From the NCBI RefSeq assembly GCF_000143415.4, contig NW_003314343.1:682813-746812 (forward strand): DNA of 64,000 nucleotides, in the 5' to 3' direction. This document shows positions 50,301-63,399 of this stretch, piece by piece. A program made the translations under genes and the position numbers. The first letter of the stretch is position 1. Each line of letters opens with the position of its first letter. This DNA is from Selaginella moellendorffii. Taxonomy: Eukaryota; Plantae; Lycopodiophyta. The notes beneath the pieces are model-generated. The model was given only the letters and a program-made list of their open reading frames with translations, did no database searches and had not been told where the DNA came from.

Positions 50301-53300
50301 TTAGTTTAATAAGGATAGACGCAGAACAAATATAGGCACGCAAGTAAAAGCTAGACTATGCCTTAAATTGGTTAGCCAACCTACTATCCCCCCCCCCCCG
50401 AGGAACACACATTTTGGGATTTCACCCCAAGCCTCCCTTAGTACTAGGAGTTAGTCTCTGGGACAAGCTTAAAATTTACTAAACATGGAATATCTCTAGA
50501 TTGCAAATTTGAACACGAAACGAATACCATTGTATTTAGAACAATCTTTACATTCCGTAGATATGCCAAATAAGCAAATTTAGACACTTTCCATAAATAA
50601 CATTTAGGACCAGAATGAAACTAACACAAAGAGCATGATAGCGAGGGTGTTTGGCAACCACGGTAAGCTATCATCCAACGATATTGAGAGACTAATCTCA
50701 ATACGTAAAGGTTTTTGTCACTAGCCAGTGCAAGACACAACGAGACAGGAACTCCTTACCAGGCTAAGTATGCTTAGCTAATAACACGTAAGAATTCCAT
50801 CCTTATGCTCGTCTGGTTTAAGTACACTTGAAATGCCTAATTAACTCCACTAGCACAAAAGGGATTAATAAAGGGTCTAGCAATACCGACCTCTTACCAT
50901 CATGGTAGTAAAGAAAAAATATCCGAAAGGACAATTGATATGTAACTTTTGATACCCAAAATCACATTCATGACACTCTCGCCTCTTTAGGGAAGATTGA
51001 CATCCTCGTCAATGCATACTCCAATCTAGACCACCAGCAAGGAAACAACTCTAGAAAAAGTTCACGGTGATTACATTATGTAAGAAATGCACCAACTTAA
51101 ATAAGTTAGGATAACCTCTTTGTCTAACGCAGATGCGCTACCAACTTAGACACCTTCCAGTCGTCGCCGACAAAGAAATGATCAATGGAGTTAACCACCC
51201 TTGCTACTTTAGGTGTCACTAAATTTACAAAAGTGTGATACGCCCTTACCCGCAAGGACATAGAAAGAGAAGCCAGAGGCCCCAATCCTCTTGAGCAAAT
51301 AAACTAAACCCATAGGTAAGGTTTAGATAGACTACTGTAAACAAGAAGTTAGAGTTGTTTACACAATTATGCCTTTTTAACGGAATAAAGAACATTGACA
51401 AAGAGGTAGGTGATGTGACCAGTTGACAGTAGCTACCCCATGATTAGAGATTTCACCATGCACATGAAGTGCTGAAACCAATCTGCCTATATGGGCCAAA
51501 CTCAAAGATCAATAGATGGACAATATCAAAGTTATAGACAATGATATCTTAGAGTCTTAATTATTAATGATTAAATCTTATATTAGAACACAAAAGTATC
51601 CTAAAGAAGTTATTATCCGATAAACCAGTATCAAAGTATAGAAACCACCAAGATCTTTAAGGTTAAGATTATAGGATTAACCATCCAACAAAATTCAATA
51701 GCAAGTGTATCATCAAGAAAACTCAATGATAAAACTTAACTATCAAAGATTTCAGATAGCATGCTAAAAAACTTGCATAAGATAACTAAAAAAAATATAA
51801 AGTATCATTGATTAGCAAGCAAGATACTCGCAAATGTATTACCCAAAGGTAATAACATTCAATTTATCAAAACCAACTATAATAATAATCAACAAAACAG
51901 AATGAATATAGCAATATCAACAAACACTAGTTCATGCCAACTATCGCACTACCCAATCTGAATAGATCTTGGTCAATAATAGAAAGGAACTCAAGTTGCT
52001 TAAACAAGTGTCAACAACATCCTAATGATATCTCAAACTCAAGAGACCAATCCAAAGCAAACTATAAAGAACTGTGGTATTGTAAAAAGGCATAAGCCAT
52101 CAAAGAGAATAACTAACCATCATGAAAAATCATTAATCATCCCATCAAAAAGAGATATGTAGAATTATCATCAAAGAAGGAATCCACCATCTCAAAGAAC
52201 AGCGAATCATTCTGTATCAACAACAATTAAGCAAAATCTTTTGACAAGAATAATCAACCATATTAGATGATGATCAATCATCACCAATAATTGCTAGATG
52301 CAAAAACCAACTTCAACATTGAAGCTAATGAGCCAAATATGTCTTCCCTTAACAACTCAAAACAAATAGAACAATGAGTATAAAAACTCAAAGAACCAAA
52401 AGTTCAAAGAAGCATATAGCTAAGTCTTGTCTAATAATGATCATGAGTTTTGCATGAACTAACTTCAATGCTAAAGTAGAAATTATAGTGTAACCCACAA
52501 TATCCTCCTCAACACATCCATAAGCCAAACTTCATAATACCAAAGCTGATGAAGAGAATATATGTATCAATTCAAAAGCCAAACATAATGGAGCTATGTT
52601 TAATAAATTATCACTAAATAATCCTCCATGAATCCATCTTTTATAGCAAGATATAACTCACATTACAACAAGCACAAGAAGAATCATCAATGATCAATAT
52701 ATTCCAACTCAAATCCAATAAAGATTCAAACATTCTAATATTGATTACTAACTCTTCCTCTCATAAAGCTGACATAGTCCACAATTAAATCACTTTTCAA
52801 AGAAAAGCCAAAACTCAACCCCTACTAAATAATCTCGTCTAGAGCACACTAACTCAAACTTGCCAATTAGTTCGTTTGAACACCAATATAGTTGCTAACT
52901 AACAAATGCATGAATGCCAATAACATAAAGCCATAACCAAATCATCAACATTATCTTCATCGAAACTAATAAAACTTAATATTAATATTGTCAATGACAA
53001 GGCATCATTTCAATGCCATCAACACCAATTATCACTCAAAGCTCTCTAGCAACCAAGCTAACCAAAGTTGACAATACCTTAGTTAGTACCTGAGACTAAT
53101 CCTTCAGAAAAATTCAATTACAGATAACACTTTATCAAGGAGTGAATCACCATATCCAAGACTCAATGAAATTCAACACTACAAACTAAATGCAACCAAA
53201 TGATATTGACAGAGGTAGAGTCGACATGCCAACATGGAAAACCCAAGTAAATCTAACGATATGATCCTTTGTAACACCATCTAGTAAAGCAAACCCATCA

Positions 53301-55019
53301 TTAATAAATCTTCATCGAGTGAAGCAAGTGTCAACAGTCCTTGACAAAGTCTACAAGTAATCACTAGTTGTAAAGCAACTAACAATCACTCTTTAATTTG
53401 CCTTCACAAGACCCAAACACTAAACTCATGTTATCGAGTTATATATTTGTCCAACATGAATGTAATACCCCAAGTACAAGATAAAGGTTCATGGGCAAAC
53501 ACGAACTAAATGACCACTTGAATCCAACTCAACCGCGATAAGCTCACCAACTTGTCTAGCCAATAGCTCTGAGCATGCCTTGAAGAGAGTAGCTATGCAT
53601 GATCAATAATTAGTCGAAACTAAAGTGAAGACTATGAGATAGACTCATATTGGTACACAACCTCCTCATAGACAAAGCTATAATATGGGTAACATCTCAA
53701 ACTCAAACAACTAAGTTGGACATCACTATCCTCAACCAAGGTGTAGGGCTACCAAGACCAAATTAAGATCAGTGAGAGCTCACTACTCTCATAAAGTTTA
53801 ATGAAATGTAATGTGCAACCTGCCACCAAACACAACGCTACAGAAGAAAAGCACAAGGGTCACCCTTTTTAGAAAAGCGTAACAACCACTTTTATACACT
53901 AACTTCAGACTTTATTCAACTCAATTGCCTTAGCCCCAAAAGTCAACATCCCTTTCAGGCCATATCATACAAATTACATACTAAGGTTTAAACTAACTAA
54001 AGTCAACTCCAACCCTTTCACTAGTTTGTATTAACTTACGAAAACAGAATGGTTTTTGAGCAAAATGATGAATAGATCAGCCATTGGAAAAGTCTAAGAA
54101 AATTTGTGGAAAGTCACAGAATACAAACTTTCAAAACTCAATCAACTTCTTCTTACCTACAACTTCACATAGATTCACCTTAACATTAATTCTCATGACC
54201 CATAGTATGCTTAAGTATTGAACATCATGCTTATATTTCCAATATCTAACACTAACATCCGCAAAATGCAAAATGAACATCCAAGGTTTGATCACGAAGA
54301 CTATATCTTCGAATATCCACATTGCACTAACACTTTTCTTCAATCACTTTCAAGATCCAATATGAAGCCCAAACACTAACAAAAAAATGGCATGAAAAAT
54401 CAAACTCTAAGGAAAAACTCCTCATCACTTGAAACAATAATGCCACTTCCACTAACACAAGTGCTAGTGATGTCAATGCTTTAACTACACACTTTCTCTA
54501 TCTAACAATCTACTCCAAGTGTTAACAGAGTAACTGATAAGCTATAGCAAGTGAATGTTATAACCTTTTCTAACACCTCACCCTCAAGGAAACAAAGTAC
54601 CAACATAAGCTTAGCATAATTGATTATTATCGAGAATCAAGTCAAAGCTACTACAATGCTACTATTTGTAAGTAAACTAGCTTCACTATCAACCAATTTG
54701 GGGTTGATCATCATTTATCCAAGTAACTTCGTAAACACATCATTCATTATCACATGGATATAATATAAATATCACAATGATTTAATCATCAATTAAGCAA
54801 CACCACGAGCAACACCTATATCATTAATTCAAAGGTTTATGTGACTATCAAGTGCCAACTCAATTCGACAAAATGTAACATAAATACCACACTTCACCGA
54901 TAGAAATTTATAACATCCAACACCACTAACTTTTATTCACAACACGAACAAACTCATGCCACTCTCTTTCCGACCAAACTCAAAATTAATCCAACACCAA
55001 ACTACTCAAAAAGCAATAG

Positions 55020-55666
55020 TGTAACACACTTTATCTTTCTCCCCTTAAACTAATTGAAAAAAGGGGCAATTGCTTGATGAGAGAGCCCTTAGTAGCTTTA
55101 TCCCCCAAAATTCCAAGAATCCACAGTGACAGTATATCCAAATTTCATCCCATAATTACATGCACTACACTCACCCCCCCTTTAGAGATGTAAATGTCCT
55201 TATTGACTATTGACTAATAACCTCTACTGAGCCAAGGGGAACTAACACCTCCATTTCTGCATTAAATTTACCAATCCTTTTTATTGTGTAAATTAGCTAT
55301 TCCATATGAGGCAACTAGTCATCCACCCATACTGCAGTCCCACAATGGATACTTTCGTCCGTGGATACTCCACACATGAGGAAGGACATACTCATGGATG
55401 CCCAATGCATATGATTTCAAATTTAGGGGTAGGAATATACCTTGCTCAAGGGTATATTATACTTTTAAGTAGCCACTAATAAATGGGAATCGAATTCGTG
55501 CCATTTGCTCTCACTTTATCTCTTTCCCTTTAAGCCAACTAGAAAAGGGGCAATTGCTTGATAAGAGAGCTCTTAGTGGCTATTTTATCTTTATTTATCC
55601 CCTAAGGTTCCAAAGATCCATGGTGACAGTATATCCAAATCTCATCCCATGATCATATGCACTACA
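55020..55666 (-). mobile_element. TRIM-like miniature LTR element
   Basis: ~150-bp direct repeats at 55020-55169 and ~55506-55666, TG...CA ends, PPT AAAGGGGGGGTGAG, TGG-starting PBS-like site at ~55503, flanks AATAG/AATAA. Confidence 0.8.
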
Positions 55667-56928
55667 AATAACAAGGTTCCCCAGAAAAAAATTAAGCATT
55701 GCAACCCAAATCTTCAATAGCAAGCCTAAACAAAATGGTTTAGCGCTTCACCACTATCTATCCCATAACTCACCACTTGTAAAACCACTATAACTAACAT
55801 GTATCAAGCTAAGGACTCTTGATTGCATAATGTGAACACGAGCAATGAGTTAACACCTCGTTGCAAATCATCTCTCTAAAAAGAGAAGATGATTTATGTG
55901 TTTGACCCGTCGTCCTTGATAACTCTCTTTTTGGTCTTATCTTTGACTAAACCTCAAGCTTGCATTCACACTATTTTCAGTCTAATCCAAGAAAAGTTTA
56001 TGAGAGAGCATAGCAATCACTATTTGAATCAATAGACTAATCCTTATAGTCTTGATTGATCCACTCATAATCATGCTTAAGAAGGATTCATTAGTGCTAT
56101 ATTAAACAGCTATGAACTAGCCTATTTACCACTTATAGCAAACCTAGGGGAAGTTTACTTTCACCCATGGTACATGGAACAATTCATGGAACCACCGATA
56201 GGTTAATATTAATCTTGCAAACTCAAAGTGTAACCTTGAGTTGCTAATGTGCCTCACTCACAAGCCCAAGCACAAACTCGTGCTAACAGAGCATCTCAGT
56301 CCATCTTATAAGCCCAAGAGCAGGCTCACATAATATGGTACTAAAGTTACTAAATCCATACCCAAGGAACGAATATGAAGCTTTTGCACCAAAACATGTA
56401 CCCACTCGGATCATCATTTTCATCTCTGTGTATACAACAAGATTAGTTGCCCAATCTCATTGGATAGTATTTACTGAGACGTATTTTCTAATACCAAATG
56501 TAGTGCATGTGGTTTTTACCCTTTATCCTATGGTGATTTACCATAGGATAACATCACAAAGTGGAACCTAAACCCTCCATATGCCACATGTCACATGCCA
56601 TGTGTCCAAAAGACAGTGGTACGGAACCTTAGTTTTAAGGCCTTGGGCCACTGGATGAAAGAATGGTGCCAAACTCCTAAGCATGGAGCCCAGGAGTAAT
56701 GGAATTGGACCACGGAGCAACTCCCAAGCATACAGCCCAAGGAGCGAAGGGACAGAAGCACAGAGTGACTTGGAATAATCCTAAAGTATCAAACATCCCA
56801 ATGCCAGGACTAGCACGCAAAATGAAGTTAAATGAAGTTTGGCACTATTTCAGCATACCAATGGTTTAACGCAAGGATATAGGTACTCCACCAACTAGCA
56901 TAAAATGGAACTTGGGCTTAGACCCAAG

Positions 56929-58875
56929 TGTGAGACACAAAATCCCTAGGCCCCAAAGTGGAGCTGGAAGGGCACCACGTGGTAGTGGCCGAAGCAAAAG
57001 CCAAACGAGTGTAACACGTTTGGACTAAAAGCTCCGACTTGAAAGGTCGAGAGCGGGAGTGGAACTCCCAACAAAGTGCTTGAGGAATGAGCACGAAGCG
57101 AGCCATAAGTGAGGCTCTAAAAAGGGACCCGAAAGGACCAACACATGACACGTGGAAGTGTCTGAGATGGAGTCCGAGGCAGACCCGAGGTGGAGTCCGA
57201 GATGGACCCGAAGTGGAGTCCGATATGGAGTCCGAGATGGAATCCGAGATGGACCCGAAGTGAAGTCCGATATGGAGTCTGAGATGGAGTCCGAGATGGA
57301 CCCCAAATGGAGTCCAATATGGAGTCTGAGATGGAGTCCGAAATGGAGTCCGAGATGGAGTCCGAGATAGAGTCCGATATGGAGTCCGATATGGAGTCCA
57401 AGATGGATTCCGAGATGGAGTCCGATATGGAGTTCGAGATGGAGTCCGAGATGGACCGAAATGGAGTCTGAGATGGACCCGAGATAGAGTCCGAGATGGA
57501 CCCGAGATGGAGTCCGAGATGGATCCGAGGTGGAGTCTGAGATGGACCCGAGGTGGAGTCCGAGATGGAGTCCGAGATGGAACCGAGACCGGGACCGGGA
57601 CTGAGACCGAGATCGAGACCGAGACCGAGACCGAGACCGAGTCCGAGTCCGAGTTTGAGTCCGAATACTAATACAGGCAGTTGGGTGAAAGCCCAAAGCG
57701 ATCATCCCCCAGGGGGGGGGGGGGGGGGGGGGGCTTCCCGGGGATTCCAAAAATTTATAGGGGAGAATGTGGGGGTTTGAACCCCACGGGGACCATTTTG
57801 TGCCGAGAAAGCCCTTTTTTCCCCCGGGGGGCAAAACCCAGTGGGGGGGGAAGGCCTTACCCCCGGGAAACTCCCAAAAAAAAGGGAANNNNNNNNNNNN
57901 NNNNNNNNNNNNNNNNNNNNNNNNNNNNNNNNNNNNNNNNNNNNNNNNNNNNNNNNNNNNNNNNNNNNNNNNNNNNNNNNNNNNNNNNAGGCCAGTTTAG
58001 CCCAGGCAGGCCAGACCCAGTGTTGGGTGATGAGCTGACCACTGGGAAGTCCAAGACTAGAGTGAACACGGACCGACAAGCTGGGTAGCTTGGTGAAGTG
58101 TTCAAGAGCCGGTTCTAGTTCCCCCGGGAGATCGACTGGCCGATGCTCCCAGTCCAAGCGTGGGTGGCACTACCTACTTGGATACCAGGCGTGGCTCAAC
58201 GGAACCTCACTCTAAGCCCATGGCTAGAGCACCCAAGGGCGGAAGGCGGGGAGAGTACCCAGGTGGCTCGCGTAAGGCCACTCCGAAATGTTGTCCCAAA
58301 GGCCCAGACTATGGAAAGGAAGAGGAGCAGTCCTCTGGGGCAGTGACCAAGGACGCAGTCGTGTAGTGAGGAAGTCCCAGAGGACCGTGGGACTTAGTGG
58401 TCGAGCCTGTGGGCCTCGATCCAGTGGCAGTGTTGGCAAACACGGCCAAGGGCAGAAAGGGACTTAGTGGGGACTGACAGAGGGATATTGGGGAAGGCTA
58501 TTCCCCTTGTCGGTGGGCATCCTAAGGATGCTAAGGAGTGGATCTGAGATGACCAATCACGGAGGGTTTGCCTAGTCTTGGAGAGCTAAGACTGTGATGC
58601 AAGTGGTATTGGACTACTAGTGTGGCAAAGGTGATTGGGCATGGCTTTAGCGTAACAAGCTGCCATGTTGGTGGTACCTTTGAGTGTCGGTCATGGGATC
58701 GGACACGTGGAGCACTTGGACCAAGTGCAAATGTTGAGTGGCATGGATGCCATTCTCGAGGCTAGCAAGTCCCAAGTCCTGAATTGGACTTATGGAGGTT
58801 TTGAATGAGACTCCTCCAAGTGGTCGGAGGTGTGGTTAAGTGACTAAAGTAGAATGGAAAATTTAGTCGTTTACA
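56929..58875 (-). mobile_element. Solo LTR, family A, with 5-bp TSD CCAAG, inserted in a family B LTR
   Basis: CCAAG at 56924-56928 and 58876-58880. Reverse complement of 6059-7871. The host LTR sequence resumes seamlessly after the TSD. Confidence 0.88.
57889..57988. other. Assembly gap (100 N)
   Basis: Run of N. Confidence 1.
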
Positions 58876-59602
58876 CCAAGTCGGACGCAAAACAAAGACA
58901 GCCACGCAAGCAAGTAAAAGCTAGATTATACCTTAGGTTAGTCGGCTATGCTTGACTTATCCACTATCCCTACTATACATTTGGATCCCCCCACAATGCT
59001 CCCCCCACCCCCCCCCAGCCCCCACCCCCCGCCCTCCAGGAGTAGACGCTTTGGGCTTTCACCCCAAGCCTCCCTTAGTACCAGGAGTTAGTCTCTAGGA
59101 CAAGCTTGAAACTTACTAAATATGGAATATCCCTAGATTGTGCATTTTGACACAAGATGAACATTAGGATAATCTTTACATTCTGTAGATATGCCAAATA
59201 AGCAAATATAGACACTTTCCATAAATAGCATTTAGGACCGGAATAAGACTAACACAAAGGGCATGATAGGGAGGGTGTTTAGCAGACACAGTAAGCTATC
59301 ATCCAACAATATTAAAAAACTAATCTCAATATGCAAGGGTTCTAGTCACTAGTTAGTGCAAAACAAACGAGACAAGAACTCATTACCAGGCTAAGTATGC
59401 TTAGCTAATAACACATAGGAATTTTTCAATGAAGATTAGAACATCGTCAATATATAAGATAACAAATATGTCCAAACTAGCATAAGAGGGACTGATAAAG
59501 GGTTCAACAATATCGACCTTCTACCGTCATGGCAGTAAGGAAAGAATATCCAAAAGAACAGTTGATAGGTAACTTTCGATACCCGAAGTCACATTCGCGA
59601 CA

Positions 59603-60053
59603 AAAGCTCTGACTTGAAAAGTCAAGAGCAGGAGTGGAACTCTCAATGAAGTGCTCAAGGAACAAGCACAAAGCAAGCAATAAGTGAAAGAAACACAAAA
59701 GGACCAACATATGACATTTGGAAGTGTCGAGATAGAGTCTGAGATGGACCCGAGATGGAATCTGAGATGGAGTCTGAGATGGACTTGAAATGGAGTCTGA
59801 GATGGACCTGAGATGGAGTCCAAGATGGAGTTCGAGATGGATCTAAGATGGAGTCCGAGATGGACTTGAGATAGAGTCCGAGATGGAACCAAGATGGATT
59901 TCGAGATGGAACCGAGACCAAGACCGAGACCAAGTTTGAGTTCGAGTCTGAGTCTGAGTCCGAGTCCGAGTCCGAGTTTGAGTCCGAATCTGAATCCGAA
60001 TACTAATACAGGCTATTGGGTGAATGCCTAAAGCAATCGTCCCCCTGGGGGGG
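59603..60053 (-). mobile_element. Truncated family A LTR fragment
   Basis: Matches 57028-57715, including the GAGATGGAGTCC array. Bounded on both sides by family B LTR termini. Confidence 0.85.
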
Positions 60054-60744
60054 TGTAGTGCACCTGAATTTGGAGCTGAACTCCAAGCCCGTTGCATTAC
60101 AAAACGAGGGTTTGGTACAATCCCATGAGCACCAGCTCCCCGTATCCAGCACCTGCACGCAAAATGGTGTCAGACGGAGTTTGGCACAATTTTAGCATAC
60201 TGGTGGCCTAACACAAGGAGGAGGGTACTCCACCGACTAGAGCAGCATGGAGCTTGAGCTTAGACCCAAGCTGGACGCAGAACAAGGAGCGACACAGCCC
60301 AGTGGGAGCCAAATTAATGTCTCAAGTGGTCAGACATGCATTCCAACTACTATCCCTACTATACATTTGGAACCCCCCATAGCACCCGCCCTTTGAGGAA
60401 CACATGCTTTGGGCTTTCACCCCAAGCTTCCCTTAATATCAGGAGTTAGTCTCTGGGACAAGCTCGAAATTTACTAAATATGGAATGGCGCTAGATTGTG
60501 AATTTGGATACGGGACGAACACCATTGTGTTCAAGTCAATCTCTACATTCCGTAGATATGCCAAATGAGGAAATCTAGACACTTTCCATAAATAGCATTT
60601 GGGACCGAAATGAGACTAGCACCAAGGGCATGATAGCGAGGGTGTTTGGTAGACATGGTAAGCTATCATCTAATGAATATTGAGGGACTAGTCTCAATAT
60701 CGTGGGGGTTCCCAACACTAGCAAGCGCAAGTCAGCATCATGAT
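60054..60744 (-). mobile_element. Family B (subtype 2) LTR, partial
   Basis: Starts TGTAGTGCACC on the plus strand and is highly similar to 62268-62955. Confidence 0.8.
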
Positions 60745-61560
60745 TGTTGCGAATGTGACTTCAAGTATCGAAAGTTATCTATCGGCCAGTCCTTACAGAC
60801 ACTCTTACCTTACTACCACGATGGCAGAAGGTCGGTATTGCTGGACCCTTTATCAGTCCCTCTTGTGCTAGTGGAGTTATGGGGGGTTCCAAATGTATAA
60901 TAGGGATAGTGGGTAGGTCGGGCATGGCTGACTAATCTGAGGCATAGTTTAGCTTTCACTTGTGTGGCTGTCTTTGTTCTGCGTCCGGCCTGGGTCTAAG
61001 CCCAAGTTCCATTCCATTCTAGTTGGTGGAGTACCCATATCCTCGCATTAGGCCACCGGTATGCCGAAATAGCGCCAGACTCCATTTGGCTCCGTTTTGT
61101 GTGCTGGTCCTGGCATTGGGATGCTGGTTGCTCCAGGACTGTTCTAAGTCGCTCCGGGCTCCTGTCCCTTCGCTCCTTGGGCTGTATGCTCGAGAGTCGC
61201 TCCGTGGTCCGGTTCCGTCACTCCTTAGCTCCATGCTTGGGAGTTTGGCACTGTTCCTTTGTTCAGTGGCCCAAGGCCCTGAACCTCGGGTTCCACACCA
61301 CATTCCTTTGGACATGTGGCATTTGTCATGTGGCACAAAGAGGGTTTAGGTTTTGCTTCGTGGTATTATCCTATGGTAAATCACCATAGGATAAAGGGTC
61401 AAAACCACGTGCGCTACATTTGGTATCAGAGGATGAATCTCGGCGAGTACTATCCAATGAGATTAAGCAACTAGTCTTGTTGCATATGCAGAGATGAAAA
61501 CGATGATCCGAGTGGGTACACGTTTTGGTGCAAAGGCTTCGCAATTGTTCCTTAGGTATG
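60745..61560 (+). mobile_element. Family B LTR (60745-61418, internally deleted) + PBS TGGTATCAGA (61421-61430) + short leader
   Basis: TGTTGCGAATGTGAC...GCGCTACA, then TT-TGGTATCAGAG. The leader matches the reverse complement of ~56360-56498. Confidence 0.85.
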
Positions 61561-63100
61561 TCTGCCCCTTTTCAGCACAACCTGGTGCCACTAAGTCTTG
61601 GCATGATCGATGAGAAAGGATTGTGCATATGCAACTTTCGTACAATCATCTACGTCTGCCGCTATGAAATATTTTTCCATATCGTAGACCTAGTCTTCCA
61701 AAACTTGATAGTCCCGCATGCCTCTGAAGTTGGGTGGTTTTGGAGGCTTGAACTTTGAAACTCGTGCAACCAGGGGCAACTGTAGAACTTCATCATCCTT
61801 AGAACTTGAGGAGGAATCCGGTTGTTTAGGCTTAGCTAGTTTAGCTACCTCAACTTCTTTCTTCCTCTTCTTGTTCTCCTTCTTCAATTTGCGAATCTCC
61901 CTTCGCAAATTCTCGATCTCGACTTCTTGAGCCGTACACTACAACGCCGCAGCATCTAGCTCTTCCTCTTTTGACTCAGCCTCAGTCTCTTCTGCAGCAT
62001 CTCTAGCAAGAGTTTCCTCCTCTCGATTCGCCCGTCTAGAGGTTTCAGCATTATCAGCATGGTTCCTTTTCACCATCCCGCTAGCTGCATGCATGCCTCT
62101 ATCAGTAACTGAACATGCTTACAACGTTCTTACCAAATGGTGTAATCCAACTAATCCTACACAGGTCGCTTCGGATTTACTAGAAAAGTCTCTGCATATG
62201 CAACTTGAGTCAGAAAATCTGACAAAAGTTGGATAGGAATCACTGAGACAATTCCTCTGATACCAAATGTAGCGCACCTAAATTTGGAGCCAAACTCCAA
62301 TCCCGTTGCACTACGAAACGAGGGTCCGGTACAATCCCATGAGCACTAGCTTCCCATATCTAGCACCTACATGCAAAATGGTGTTAGACGGAGTCTGGCA
62401 CAATTTTGGCATACCGGTGGCCTAACACGAGGAGGAGGGTACCCACCAACTAGAGTAGCGTGGAGCTTGAGCTTAGACCCAAGCCGGACGCAGAACAAGG
62501 AGTGACACAGCTCAGCGGGAGCCAAACTAATGTCTCAAGTGGTCAGACATACATTTCAACTACTATCCTTACTATACATTTAAACCCCCCCCCCCCCTCC
62601 CCCCCTTTGAGGAACACACGCTTTGGGCTTTCACCCCAAGCCTCTCTTAGTATCAAAAGTTAGTCTCTGGGACAAGCTCGAAACTTACTAAATATGGAAT
62701 GACGCTAGATTGTGAATTTAGACACGGGATGAACACCATTGTGTTAAGGTCAATCTCTACATTCCGTAGATATGCCAAATAAGCAAATCTAGACACTTTC
62801 CATAAATAGCATTTGGGACCGAAATGAGACTAACACCAAGGACATGATAGCAAGGGTGTTTGGTAGACACGGTAAGGTATCATCTAGCGAATATTGAGGG
62901 ATTAGTTTAAATATCGCAGGGTTCCCAACACTAGCAAGTGCAAGTCAGCATCATGAGTTTCTTGTCACCATGTCAAGTATGCTTGACTTAGTAACAACTT
63001 AGAATTTCCTTCCTTAGTGCCCTTCCGGTCTAAGTGAACATATGCTGACCAATTTCTCAACTAGCTTGGGTGGAGACCATAAAGGGTTCCAAAATTATAG
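61560..63100 (-). mobile_element. Family B subtype 2 element 5' portion: LTR (from 62268), PBS (62265-62255), disrupted gag (ATG 62076)
   Basis: CTCTGATACCA-AA-TGTAGCG. Gag-like translation KFKPPKPPNFRGMRDYQVLED*VYDMEKYF...KVAYAQSFL.DHAKT*W with in-frame stops. Confidence 0.8.
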
Positions 63101-63115
63101 TAAGGAAAGTGTGGG

Positions 63116-63350
63116 TGTAGTGCACATGGTTTTTACCCTTTATTATATGGTGATTTACCATAGGATAACAAAACCCTCCATGTGCCACGTGTCAGTGCCA
63201 CGTGTCATATGCCCGAGGTTCAGGGCCTTGGGCCACTAAACGAAACAACAATGCCAAACTCCCAAGCCTGAAACCAAAGAGTGACAGAACCGTACCACTG
63301 AGCAACTCTCGAACATACAACCCAATGAGCAAAAGGACAGGAGCCCAGAG
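63116..63350 (-). mobile_element. Family B LTR terminal fragment
   Basis: TGTAGTGCACATGGTTTTTACCC matches 56499 onward. Confidence 0.7.
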
Positions 63351-63399
63351 CAGAGTGTGGACCCAAAAGATTCATTTGTGTGGACATAGGAATGCATGA

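Larger units (their letters stand above)
50320..59602 (-). mobile_element. Degenerate family B LTR retrotransposon: 5' LTR 59602-56499, PBS ~56496-56488, internal region, PPT 50988-50976, truncated 3' LTR 50975-50320
   Basis: On the minus strand the LTR starts TGTCGCGAATGTGA and ends GCACTACA, followed by TT-TGGTATTAG (tRNA-iMet-like PBS). AAAGAGGCGAGAG precedes TGTCATGAATGTGA. The internal region lacks long ORFs. Confidence 0.75.

Noticed and set aside
58025-58055. 5S rRNA box C-like sequence (TGACCACTGGGAAGTCC) suggesting a Cassandra element
   Set aside because: Only ~17 bp match, no box A or flanking 5S similarity, and the LTR is far larger than Cassandra LTRs.
60880-60900. G-rich tract + TGTATA as PPT/LTR start, implying PPT-LTR-PBS tandem elements
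   Set aside because: Comparison of copies shows it is internal to a longer LTR starting TGTCGCGAATG. The real PPT is at 50976-50988.
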